Positions 49,801 through 62,299 of a stretch of DNA of 64,000 nucleotides are shown here, one piece after another. Source of the DNA: Fonticula alba ATCC 38817 (taxonomy: Eukaryota > Protista > Nucleariida); NCBI GenBank assembly GCA_000388065.2, contig KB932203.1; one strand, 5' to 3'. Position numbers and translations under genes: made by a program. Below the pieces are notes generated by a model. That model did no database searches. It was not told where the DNA came from and was given only the letters and a program-made list of their open reading frames with translations. Each line of letters starts with the position of its first letter. Positions within the stretch are counted from its first letter, which is position 1.

Positions 49801-52800
49801 CGGACCATGTGACGGTGTCCGTCGAGCCGCTGGTTCCGCATTCCAATTTCGCCACCTTCACCACGGGCCTGATTATGCTGCCGCTGGATGCCGATGGGGA
49901 TGGTGTCAGCGAGCTGGCCATGTTCGCCTGGATGTCCAACACTCTGGTCATCTTCCAACAGGCCTCCCCGAAGAATGGCTGCGGATGTGGCCAGGCTAGC
50001 GTTTGTAACATCCCCAGCACGTGGAACGAGTCTCGCTGTGACCATCCTCAAGCCGGCCCCGAGTGCATGCCCATCCCCACCACCCTGCAGGCCCGGGACC
50101 TATGCACATGCGGGCCGGGGCTTCGCTCCCCGGCCGATGGGTCTGGCCGGTGCAACCAGTGTGGCTCTTCGACCGGGGACTTCCCCGCCGGGTTCGGTGG
50201 TGCGTGCTGGTTGCCCGTGTTTTTCTGATTTTTTTCTGCGCCCCTTTCCCCCTCTTTCGGCCCCTCTCTCTTCCCCCATCGCCTTCCCTCTGCCCGCTGC
50301 TCTGTTGCACTGGCCTTCGTCTGACCCCCTTGCCGTTTGTCAGTCGACTGTGCCCCGTGCGATGTCGATGGCTGCATGCTGTGCGATGCATCCGGCCAGT
50401 GCCTGCGTTGTCGGCCGGGGCTGATTCGCACGCCCACCGGCGAGTGCGCCACCGGCTGCCCGGACCCGGCTGCCCCGGTGGTGGATGCCGTGTGCCAGAC
50501 CCGGGATCCGGGCGATACATGGATCAGTTCGGCCGAGGTCCAGGCCCACCCTTCGTGGGCCGGGTTCCGGGTGGTGGATGTATCAACCCTGCGCGCGGTG
50601 GATCAGGCCGGCGCGGTGGAGGGGTCGCGTGCCGTGTCGACCACCTTCCCCACGCTGCATGTCCTGCAGCCGGAGTACCCGCATTTTGGTGCTTCGCAGA
50701 GTGTGTGGCTGCTTCCCCTGGCGCGTCTGCTTGCCGACGGTCGGCCGGCCCCATTCGGCCGTCTGGATCTCGTCAGCGCCTCCCAGTGGCTGGACGAGAC
50801 TTGTGTCCTGTTTGAACGGGAGGCCACCGCGCAGTCCGATCCCCCGGGGATGGATCTCCGCCCGGAGGCCGGATCTCCCTCGGCCAGCCTGACTAGCCAG
50901 CTGCCGGGACTCTCCCTCGGTGGCCCGGGTGCCGTGGGCGGGGATTTTGCCACTGCCGGGGTCCCCTCCCCGGGTCCCTTGATCAATCACACCGGCCTGA
51001 GCCTGGTTCCGCGCTCGGTCCTGCTTTCCCAATATTATCCAATCCGCCGGCCCTGGTTCTCGCAGCTGAGCCAGGCCTTCCCCTCGGTCGGGCTGGAGCC
51101 GGTGCCGACGCTGACGCCCGACTCGCCGGTGCTTCACTTCCAACGGGCGATGGGCTTCTTTTACGACGTGATCCAGATGCATCCCAACCCTCTGCGGGAA
51201 TCTGACCCGCCGCCGGTGGCCCCGTCGGACTTCCGCACTTGCTCCATGAGCTGGGCATTGCTGCCGGCCAAAACCCGACTCACGGTCAAAGGCTCGCCGG
51301 AGATGTTCAACATGATCGGCGCGCCCGAGTGCATCTCCTATCGTGTGTGGGTTCCCTTCCTTGCTTCCGAGCTGTCCTTCCACCCGAGCATGGGAAGCTG
51401 GTTTCTGCCAGGCCGTGCATTGTTGATGCTTCGCCGGCCTGCCATGTTGGGTGCTCGTCCGAGGGTGGTCATTCTGATGGCTGTGCAGGATGTCCCTCCA
51501 ACGGCGCCTGGTTGCGATTGGCACATGCTGGAGCTGCCGTTGACCCCCGGGGCGATTGGGCTGCCGGTGTTCCGATCTTCCACCAGACTCGAGAGCTCCT
51601 CTTCCATTCTCTTCTTCGCGCGGGTCCCGTCCGTGCAGGACTTCCTGCCGAGTGCCGTGGCCTCTGGTCGTGGGATTGTGGCCGTCAATGATGTCGCGAG
51701 TTATTCACACCAGCTGGCGGTGGCTTTGGCCGGGAATGAGCCGGATGATGTGGATTTGCAACTGGCCTCGCTGCGCCTTCACGATCAGACTTACTACTTG
51801 GTCTTTATCCGGACCGACGGCCTGCCAGACGGTATCATGGCCCTACCTGTGGACTGTTTGCTGGAGAAGCACACCGGGTGGAAGGAAGCCATTCCGGCAT
51901 TTGGCTCTCCTGGGCGGACATGGCCCACCGATCGGTCGACCTATGGCTGTGATGCTCTCCTGTTGGAGACCCGGGCCCTGGCCGGCGGCGGTCCCGATGG
52001 CCGGCCGGTGGCCCTGGTCAAGGACATGGACAGCAACGGGATGGACGATTTGCTGCTCCATTGGCCGGCCACCGGCCGAGTGGTGATGTACTCCACACTG
52101 AGCACGGTCCCAGTGACCTTCCGTCAGACGGTCATCTTCCCGGGGCAGGTGCCGGAATCTCGGTCGGCGGCTGCCATGCAGTCGGTCGAGTACCCGGCGC
52201 TGGCGGATCCGGAGCTGCTGCTGGTGGATGTCGATGGGGATCGATATGTGGATGTGGTCCTGCTGGACCAGGTCACGCCTTCTGGTGCGCCTTCCGCCTC
52301 CAGCGCCCCGGTCCCGGTGATCCGGGTGTTCGGCCGGTCGGACCAGACCAGCAACTGGTGCCCGGCCGAGGTGGACTTTGACCCGGTGGCCGGCGAGTGT
52401 GTCTGCCCCGGGCGTTTGCGGCACCTGACCCCCCTGTCGGATGCGTGCGAGTGCATCACACACGCGGTGCCGGTGGCCCCGGGTGCGCAGGACTGCGTCT
52501 GCCCGGTGGGCATGGCCGAGGGCGTGGGGGCATGTGTCTGCCAGCCGGGGCTGCTGCCGGTGGCGAGCGAGTCCACCGGGGTGCCGGTGTCTCCGCCCCG
52601 CTGCGAGACCTGCCATGCCAGCTGTGCCAGCTGCTCGGCCACGCGCTCCGGCCTGTGCGCCAGCTGCCCCTCCGGGCACTTGCTCCAGGCGGGCGTGTGT
52701 GTGACGGCCTGCGGGCCGGGGCTTGGCATTTCGGCGGACGGCCGGCAGTGTGTTGCCTGCGCGGCCTCCTGCTCGGCCTGCCTGGGCCCGGCGTCCAGCC

Positions 52801-55800
52801 AGTGCTCGGCGTGTGCCGGCAACCGGTACCTGCCCGGCGGCGTGCCAGGCACGTGCCGGTCCTGCGATGCGGCCTGCTCCGGGTGCACCGGCCCGACGGC
52901 CTCCCAGTGCACGGCCTGCGCGACGGGCTGGCTGCGCGCGCCCTCGGGCGAGTGTGTGCGCACCTGCCCCGAGGGGACCGGTGTTTCGGTTCCCGGGTCC
53001 AGCCAGTGCAAGGCCTGTGCCGATGCCGGCTGCCTCTCCTGTGTCACGGCCCAGTCCGGGGCCATTTGTCGGGCCTGCCGGCTCGGGCTGCAAATTGACC
53101 CCACCGGCAAGCAGTGTCTCCAGTGCCATGGGACCTGTGCCACCTGCGATGGCAATGGCATGGATGACTGCCTGACCTGTGCTCCGGGCCTCTGGATGCA
53201 TGGGTCTTCCTGTGTGGCCTCCTGCCCGGAGGGCACATTCCCGGAGGAGGGAGCCTGCTCGCACTGCTCGGGTCGCTGTGCCACTTGTAGCGGTCCCCTG
53301 TCGACCCACTGCCTGACCTGCCCCACGGACTGGGTTCTTCAGGCGGACGGCACCTGCCTGCCGGATCCCTGTCCCACATGCGGCGACTGCGCTGACATCG
53401 ACTGCCAGTCATGCAGCCCCACCAACCCGGGCGTGTGCCTCATTTGCGGGGCCGGCCAGCTACTGCTGCCGGATGGCACCTGCGTGGCTGCCTGTCCCTC
53501 GGGCATGTACATGGCTCCAAGTGGAGATGCCTGCCTCCCGTGCCATGGCACCTGCGCGGAGTGCTCCTCGCACCGGTCGAACTCGTGCACCGCCTGCCCG
53601 GGGGCCCATGTTCTGGACCGTGGGTACTGCCGCGAGGCATGCCCCTCGCTGGGGTTCTTCCAGGACGCCGGAACCTGTGAGGCTTGTCACTCGTCGTGTC
53701 TTTCCTGCACCGGGCCCGGAGCCGGGCAGTGCGATCTGTGCCCACGGTCACACGTGTCGCACGGTTCTCACTGCCTGGGTGGGTGTCCGCCCGGGAGCAC
53801 GCCACTGGGCGGCGGGTGCGCCGATTGCCATGGCTCCTGCCTGGACTGTGCCGGGCCCGAGGCCAGCCAGTGTACCGCTTGTGGCCCTGCCGCTTCGAGC
53901 CTCTGGAGTGGCTCCTGCCTGGAGACATGCCCGGGTGGAACCTTCCCCGGATCGGATCCCAGCACCTCGGACACTTGTCTGCTCTGCTCCTCGAACTGCC
54001 TGGAGTGCGCTGGGCCGGCGGGCGTTCAGTGTACCCGTTGCAGTGGGAACTTGCTGACACACCCCCTGTATGGGTGTGTGTCGGATTGCGGAGCGGGCTT
54101 CATGGCGAGGCAGGGCACCTGCATTGCCTGCGACACTGGCTGCCGTCAGTGCCGGGACTGGCCTGGCTTCTGCACCCAGTGCCCTGCGGGCAGGCTCCTC
54201 GGGTCAACGCCGGGCACATGTGTGGACCGGTGCGGTGGCCAGGAGTTCGCCGACCTGACCACCCCCTCGCTGGCTCGCTGCGCGGCCTGCCACCAAAGCT
54301 GCGCCTCCTGTGAGGGTGGCGCCAGGCCCGAGGACTGCACGGCCTGCCCGCCGGGCCTCTTCCTGCTGGCTGGTGTCGGCTGCGTGGGGGCCTGCCCGAG
54401 CGGGTACTTCGTTGAGGAGGGCCCGCTGGCGGGCTCCCAGGCATGCGCGCCCTGCGTGGCGGAGTGCGCCGAATGCACCGGGGCCGATGCCGGCCACTGC
54501 ACGCGCTGCATGGCTGATCGTCTGCTGATGGTGGGCTCCGGCTACTGCCGGCCCGTTGGCGAGGACACCTGCCCGGTTGGGTGGCACACGGATCTGCCCG
54601 GCCGGCGGTGTCTCCGTTGCCCGGATGGGTGCCTCTCGTGCCCGGCCTCGTCGAAGGATTGCGAGCAGTGCGGCGCTGGCATGCGTTCGATCCGGCTGCT
54701 GGACCGCGAGGCGACGGATGCGGCGCCGATTGGCTCTGGGCCGCGCACCTGCGTGGCCATGTGCCCTGGCGGGTGGTTCGCGCCCGAGGACCGGGCCGAC
54801 GTATGCTCGGCCTGCGACATGGCGTGTGGTAGCTGCTCCGGCCCCGGGCCGGATGGCTGCCTGGAGCCGAATTGCGACCAGCCAGGCAGCTGTCCCAAGA
54901 AAGGTGTGTCTGCTGCTTCAGTCCTGTCCCACGATGTTGGCCATTCGGCAATGTTGTTCTGACCATCCTCCTCCATCGGCTCCACCTCCAGGCTCGCGCT
55001 TGCTTGTGCTGGCGATCGCCCTACCACTGGCGCTGCTCCTCCTGCTGCTGCTTATTTTGATCCTGGTTCTTGTTCTTCTGCGGCGCCGGCGACGCCAGGC
55101 TGCCGCCAAGGATGGCGACGCCATCCCAATGCAATACATTGGCAACCCGGTATGTTCTCGCCTGCTTGGCTTCGCTCGTTTGCCCTCGTGCTGACCCCCT
55201 CGCCCCCTCCCCCGCCCCCTCCCCCGCCCCCTCGCACACACACACGCCTCAACACACGCGCCATCTCGCAGGAGGACATGACCGTGATGAACACCATGAT
55301 TGGTACGATGGCAACAGTCCCCCCCCGCCCTGCTCGGTGCTCATCCACACTGACCTGCCTTCCGCTCGGCTTCCTCTGACATCCCTCATGTAGAATTGTC
55401 GCTGCCGGGGCATTTGCTTCTCAACCCCGAGGTGGATTATCGCATTGAGCCCGGCTGCGAGGAGCTCGGCAAGGGTGCCCAAGCGGTGGTCCTGCCGTGC
55501 ACATTGCTGCGCTCGGACCTCTGTACGGCAGCCGGCGGTGATGCCGGCGCCGTGAAGATGATCTCGACCGGTGCGTGTGGCCTTTACCGGTGCTCGGATT
55601 CCGGATTCCCCCTGACCCCCATGCGCCTGGCAGACTCGCCCTTCCGCACGCAATTCGAGCCGCTGCTCGACCAAGAAATTGCCATCCTCAGCATCCTGCT
55701 GGCCGACGGGGGGTCGCCATTTGTGTGCCAGCTGGTTGGCTACTCGGCTGCCCCGAGCAAGGCCCTGGTGATGCCCCACTACCCGGGGCTCCTGTCGGAC

Positions 55801-56619
55801 CTGCTTTGGCCCTCTCGCCTGGGCCCGGTGCAAACCCTGCAGATGGCCGCCGACATTGGTGCGCGCGTGACCCCGCATGCCTGACATCCCTCTGGCACCG
55901 GGCATTGACCGACTATCTTCCCGCCCACAGCGGCCGGCCTGGCGTTCATCCACTCGCGCGGCGTGGTGCACAAGGACCTGAAGCCGGAGAACATCTTCCT
56001 CCGGCCGGATCCGGCGGCCCCCGGTCGCCTGCAGCCTGTCATCGGGGACTTCGGCGTGGCGCTGGTTCTCAACCGGTTCTCTGTCATCCCGACGCTGGGC
56101 GATGTGGCGGCCGGCAGTTTGCCATACGCCTCGCCGGAGACGCTGGCCCGGCTGTTCGGCATGGCCTTCCCGCTGGCGCCATCCGACAGCAGCGTAGTTT
56201 CTCTGCTGAAGGTGGACATCTACTCGCTCGGTGTGCTGCTCTTTGGGCTGGTGGCCGTGGCGCGCCCTTGGGCCGGTGCGCTTTTCACTCCTTCCTCTCT
56301 CTCTTTTCTCTCTCTCTCTCTCCCTCTCTTTCTCCTTCTTCACTCAAGGGCTTATCGTGACTAACATGACCATCCAGACACTGATTCGGGTGAGGTCGCC
56401 ACTGCGGTGCTGGCCGGCAAGCGCCCGGACATGAGCCCCTCCTCTGGAACCCCGGCCCCAGTGCTGGTGGGTGACACGGGCAGCGAGCCGGCCTGGATGG
56501 CGGACTATTGTCAGATCTACCGCGAGGCGTGGGCGGCCGATCCTCGTGAACGCCCATCGGCGGCCAACCTGGCGGCCACGCTCAGCGATCTCATAGAGAA
56601 GGAAACCTCTCCCCCTTGA
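46813..56619 (+). CDS. Very large single-pass receptor-like protein kinase: signal peptide, FG-GAP/integrin-type Ca-binding repeats, EGF-like and furin-like Cys-rich repeats, TM helix, C-terminal kinase
   Basis: Signal peptide MRPFLLTSLLLLLLPVLRA. Six DxDxDG-type motifs and about 16 CxxCxxxCxxC furin-like units in ORF 50337-54900. TM at ~54998-55079, followed by RRRRR. Kinase motifs LGKGAQAVV, AVKM, HKDLKPEN, DFG, YASPE, DIYSLG, RPSA; stop at 56619. The join across the N gap at 48251-48430 is inferred. Confidence 0.85.
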
Positions 56620-58656
56620 ACCAGTCATGGGTGGCCTCGAGAATCACTCCGACGGTGATGTGTAAATGGCCCATAATAGAATCTTTCTGTTCCTAGCGGC
56701 AGTCACGCTTCTCCCGCTCGAGTTCGATACAGAGCAGCTTCTATGTGTTCAGCATGAGGAGCCGGGCCCGCTGCTGGCCAAGTGAAATCCCAATGAGTAG
56801 GGTGGCACAAAAAAAGCCCCTCTTGACTGTCCGGTCATGGGGATGCACATATTCGTCACGCCACGGATCGAGTTCCCGAGTGTGTGTGTGTGTTTTTTAT
56901 CGGCGCTCCGCGACATAGCAGGGCGGGAGAACCCATCGCAGAATACTCATGGCTCAGATCCGTCGGAAAGGGAGCAAGGCCATGGATGCGAGTCATGCTG
57001 GCGATCTACCGGCAGCTGGATTAGGCCTGGCACGGAGGAGAAGAGTGGGCTGATCGGCGAAGTGATCATTGTCTGCCGGCTGCATAGGCTGCCGGGAGCA
57101 AGTCCTCAAATCGATCAAGGGGGCAAGCAGAAGGACAAGCAACTTCGCATGGAAGATGCAAGACTACAAGGGTAGACCCCTTCTAGCGAGACGTGATCTC
57201 CAGCGCCAGGTGTGCGCAGTTCAAAAACAAGGCCGGGCAAAGGCCAACAGCCAAGGGCCTCGGCCTGGGAGACCCCGAATGCCGGGGGCGTCCCATCCCC
57301 CCGCCCTCGCTTTGGTCGCCGCGCAAGCCAAGCTGAGAAGGGAAGGAGTCCCGCTACCAACCAACCGTGGTCTGCTTTCCTCGGAGTTTTGAGTTTGTGT
57401 GCTGGCGGTCGTAAAAAAAGGGGCCGGCAGAGGAATGGGATCAGGGGGAGAGGGGGGGGGGGGCAAGAAAATTGGATCGAGTCGGGCCCCATCCCGAAAG
57501 GGCCGCGGTCACTTTCGTCAGAGCCCCAGCCGGGACCCTGGACCATCCGGCGTGACCCCGAATGTTGCGTATGAGTATAGAATGCCATGGAAGGCCTTCC
57601 GCCCAAAATGGTGCGCGATCCCGCATCCCGTTGGAAAATCCAGCAGTAAGCTCGAGAAAAAAAGACCCAACATATTCCCCCATGTCACGAACCCATCTCC
57701 CCGCCATCTCTTCGATCTGAGCAGAGGATCGTATGGCCGTGGCGGGAGTGGAGCGGGACCGACATCGATCCGACCGTCCGTCAAAAGACCGGAGCTTTAG
57801 CGGAGTCCATATCGGAAATCTGCCTCTGGCTCAGAGCGGGCTAGGGCTGAAAGGACGTTGCACCGGACCAGGGGGTGCGCAATTGTGTCTGGACAGGGAG
57901 AGTCTGGTGCCTCGGCCCGGGACGAGTAGGAAGGCGATCGCAAGAGAGGTAGCAATAAAAAGAAGAGAGATTGGCAGACTGCGTACAAGGTGAAACAATG
58001 AATTGTCTATGGTCGGAGGTCCGACGTGTCTCGTTTCCAAGCATGGGGATCGTAGGGTTGAGCCATGTGCGGCAAGTCCGTATTCCGGGACTCACACACA
58101 CACACACACACACCACAAGGCCACCTTCCTAGCATAGTCACGTTCATTATATTCCGGTTCCGGACAGGGCTCACTCCAATCGAGGGGGGGGGGGGCGAGG
58201 CAAGTGGCAACGGAGCCGGGGCATGGGACATGCGAGTGAGCCCCGTGGCCTCAAATACCCAAGCCCGGACATTCACCCAAGTGTTGGAGGATGTGTGAAT
58301 CGCCTGACTGTCCACGAAGGGGGGGGGGGGTTGGCATTGCACAAGGTTTGCGCGTCACGCGGGCCACCAGGCGTCGGCTCAGGCGGCGCGCCGCTCCTCC
58401 TGGGAGGCATCGCCCGCCGCATCCAAAGCCGAAGACCGGAACTCCGGCCGGGTCTTGGCCACCAGCGCCGCGAGAGTCAGACGTGCCTAGTCCAAGCGGA
58501 ACAATAGCCCGGCCTTCTCGGTGCCGAGCTTGTCGGCCGAGCAGGCCAGCGCCGATGCCAGGCCCACCCAATCAAACGCAACCAAACGGATGGAGGCACT
58601 ACATGTTGTCATGTCGGCCGGGGGGCGAGGCGTCAGAAGGATAGCACGCCATGCGG

Positions 58657-61600
58657 TCAGTGACCGAGGGCAACAGAGTCACGGGCACGGGGCAGGGGGG
58701 GGGGGGCAAGCAGGAAGTAGCAAGGAGAAAGGAAAGGGCATGGACGCGTGTATGACTGTGTGTGGGTGTACACGTGCACGTACGGAGGGGAGGGAGGGGG
58801 ACAAAGGGGAGCGTATGTCAGATCCTCCGGGGCGAAAGCAATGCCGCCAGCGATCGACAGGGCGATGCTCAGATCAGTCAGGTATGGCTCAAACTCCGGG
58901 AGAGCGGCCGCCAGCGCGGCCAGATCCACCGCCGCCCTGGTGGCCAGAAGCAACTGCTCATGGACACTCGTTGGCACGGGGCACGCGGCGGCCGGCACCA
59001 GGGCACTCAGACGGCTCAGGTACAGACACGCCACCAGGGCCAGGAGGTTGTGCGTGTGTGCCGCCCGGGTCGAGGGCGAGGCGGATGCCGAGTCGGCCGC
59101 CGCGGCCAATGCCGCCACCACAACGGCCACGGCCGGGCCGCCGGCCGCGGGCAGGACCGCCGGGTCGCCCATGCCATCGGACGCCGCGGCCGCCGCCTGG
59201 AGCCCGGTGTAGTCGGCCAGGGCTACCACCAGGCCGAGAATGTCGCCCATCGACAGGGGATCCGCCCCGGGGGCCGGAGCCGAGGTGAGAGACAGCTCCC
59301 GGCCGAAGACCGACGTCAGCGACGCGAGCAGGCGCCCGCCATGTGCCTTGGCAAAGGCATCCAGCACCGGCTGCCCCGGGCGCCGGCCGCCCGGTACCTN
59401 NNNNNNNNNNNNNNNNNNNNNNNNNNNNNNNNNNNNNNNNNNNNNNNNNNNNNNNNNNNNNNNNNNNNNNNNNNNNNNNNNNNNNNNNNNNNNNNNNNNN
59501 NNNNNNNNNNNNNNNNNNNNNNNNNNNNNNNNNNNNNNNNNNNNNNNNNNNNNNNNNNNNNNNNNNNNNNNNNNNNNNNNNNNNNNNNNNNNNNNNNNNN
59601 NNNNNNNNNNNNNNNNNNNNNNNNNNNNNNNNNNNNNNNNNNNNNNNNNNNNNNNNNNNNNNNNNNNNNNNNNNNNNNNNNNNNNNNNNNNNNNNNNNNN
59701 NNNNNNNNNNNNNNNNNNNNNNNNNNNNNNNNNNNNNNNNNNNNNNNNNNNNNNNNNNNNNNNNNNNNNNNNNNNNNNNNNNNNNNNNNGGACTGCACCG
59801 GAGCCCGGGCAATTCGCCCGGCCGTGTTAACCAACACCGGCAAACGATGATCCATGGTGGCCTCATCCAGCTCGCCGCCAGCCAAGGCCGTTACGATGCG
59901 CAGGATGGACAGTGAGCAGGCCATCCGGTCCGTCAGGGTGTCAATGCGGCGGATCAGCACTTCGGCCAGCGACAGCAGGAGCCAGCACAGCTTGAAGACC
60001 TTTGACTGCAGATCTTCCACCTGGAACGGATCGGTGTCGAGCGGCGGCAGCGCAACACTTCTCTGAGATATGATGGGCGTGGAGCTCCACTCCCTTTTGA
60101 CGATGCGCAGGCGCACCTGGTGTGGATATCTCAGGGACCAGTGGCCAAGACAGCACTCCAGCATTTCGACTATGGGCATGCGCATCGGCGATGGGCCGAT
60201 TCCATGGGCCTCGGTGCCGGTCGCCGAGGGACCACTGCCGAAGAGCCTCAAACTGCCGGCCGGGAAAGGGGATGGCCGGTCGGCGCTCGGGGCATCGCCA
60301 GCCAGCAGGGCATCCCACTGGTACTCGCCTCGGGCCGGCTCCTCCTCGCCAAGGTCCGCCAAGTACAGCGAATGGTCCTCGGTTGAGGGCAGGGCGAAGG
60401 GTGCCGGCCGCCGGCCGGCCTCGCTGAAACCCGACGGAAACATCCCCTCGAAGACCATCCGCAGGACCAGCACCAGGTGAATCGTAACATACAGGAAGGT
60501 GCCTTTGTCCAGGTCGTCGGCCTCAAATGCGTTGATTCGGTCGATCAAATAAGCCAACAGGCCATGGGAGCTGCTGGCCTGTGTATGCATGCACGTGTGT
60601 GAGAAGGCCAAGAGAGGGTGTGTGACCGTGTGAGGGGGCAGCGGAAGGGCACGCACGTCAAGGTACTTCCGAAGCTGGAGCATCAAATCCGCCACAAATA
60701 CATATGGCCAGTCCTTCCTGTAGGACTTAAACGTGCGCCAGCTGGAGGGCACATTGTCATCGTGGCCCAGGGGAAGGAGGAAGGGGGGGAGCATGTGTCC
60801 ATTTCTGGTGCTTAGGAAGAAAGATGTGTGTGTGTGTGTGTGTAGGGGCGTGTGGGGGGGGGGGGGGGGGGAAGAAAGCAGGGAAGAGGCCACGACCCCC
60901 AAAAACAAGAAAGGAACCGAAAGCCAATTAAAGGTGGAAACATCGGCCTGGCTGGCCAGGTGTTGCAGGGTCCGCAGCGCGTGGTAGCCGAGCATGCACC
61001 GATGGACCGAGTGGCTGGATGGCAGACGTCAGCAAGGAGGGGGAAAAAAAAGCAAAGCAGGCAGAGACCACACCCCAGCACACCGCAGCCAGGACTCTGA
61101 CGTCCACACCCAATGGGAGGAGGAGGAGGGCAAAAATGGCTCGTTCAACCACCACGCCAGCTGGAGCAGGCGAGAACACGCACAAGGCTGACATATCCCG
61201 GGCGAGGTCGCCAATGGCTCTCACGGGACCCATGACCGCCATGGCGCGCTTGTGGAAGAGAGCTTCTGCAGACCATTGGTCCGCGAGTCCCACCACCCGC
61301 ACCAGGGCCGACACCATGCGCCCATAGATGTCCGGGGTGTCGTTGAGCCACACAGACGAGGCGGCCCCAAGACAGATGGCACGCAGGGCCGCCAGGGCCA
61401 GGCGCGAAATGGCCCGGTCATGGGCTGACAAGTCAGCCGGGCGGTCAAGCAGCGCCGTGAAGCCGGCAAGCATCTGCTCGAAGAGGGGAACAAAGCACGA
61501 CGGGAGCAGCGGGTCCTTGCTGACCGGCACGCGGACCGCAACCAGGGGGAAGAGCTAGGGCGGAGGTGGGGGGATCTTTGTCGGGGGGGGGTGGGAGGGC

Positions 61601-62299
61601 AGAGATGTGTGGGGTAGGTGGGTAGGGGGGGGGGGATGGTATCACCCGGCGGNNNNNNNNNNGGGGGGGGGGGATGGTATCACCCGGCGGTGCGGAACGT
61701 ACCAACGACGTGGCCATGCGGACATCGTCCAGCGGGATGTCGGATGTGGCCGAGCTGGCCAGCGGCAGCCCATCGGCCGACATGCACCGGATCAGGTAGC
61801 AGATCATTTCGAGAATGTGCCGGCTGTAGATGGAGCCGTGGCTGACGGCGGTCTTGGCCACGATGGCATTGATCATATGGACATATGTCTCGGTGATGCT
61901 GGGCGGCCGAGCGAGACGAGGGAAGCGCGGCGGGAGGGTAGATGAGCGACAGGACGTGGGCTTGCCATGGTGGCAAGGGGGCGGGGGCGGCCACGCCCAT
62001 GCGATAGGGAACGCACGGTAGCTCACGGGCACGGTGACTCTCGATCAGGCTCGCCTGGATGAAGAGCATCAACCGGGACAGCTTCTCCGACTGGGTGGAT
62101 GCATAGTGCACCAGCTGGGCCAGTTGGGTCTCATTCATGTGGCTCTGTGGCTCCCCCGAAGGAGGGAGGACCGAGAGGACCAGGCGTTCGAACTGCAAGT
62201 GGGGAAGCGGAGGAGGAGGAATGAGATGCTTTTGCAGCGTGAGCAGAGCAGGAACACAGGCGGCCACAAGCGCACATCATTCTTTGAGAAGGTCATCAT
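58657..62299 (-). CDS. EFR3-like armadillo/HEAT helical scaffold protein, multi-exon; 3' end uncertain
   Basis: MMTFSKND|gtgcgc..cag|FERLVLSVLPP...ETQLAQLVHYASTQSEKLSRL resembles the EFR3 N-terminus (..RLVDNIFP...MEKLTFYAVSAPEKLDRI). Further long helical ORFs at 60928-61530, 59790-60995 and 58657-59367. Confidence 0.55.

Noticed and set aside
50340-54966. Many long overlapping antisense and alternate-frame ORFs over the receptor kinase, MRI1 and other genes
   Set aside because: Shadow ORFs are expected from high GC and codon bias; the motifs support only the frames called above.
61633-61690. Duplicated ggggatggtatcacccggcgg around a 10-N gap
   Set aside because: A typical unmerged contig overlap, not a real tandem repeat.
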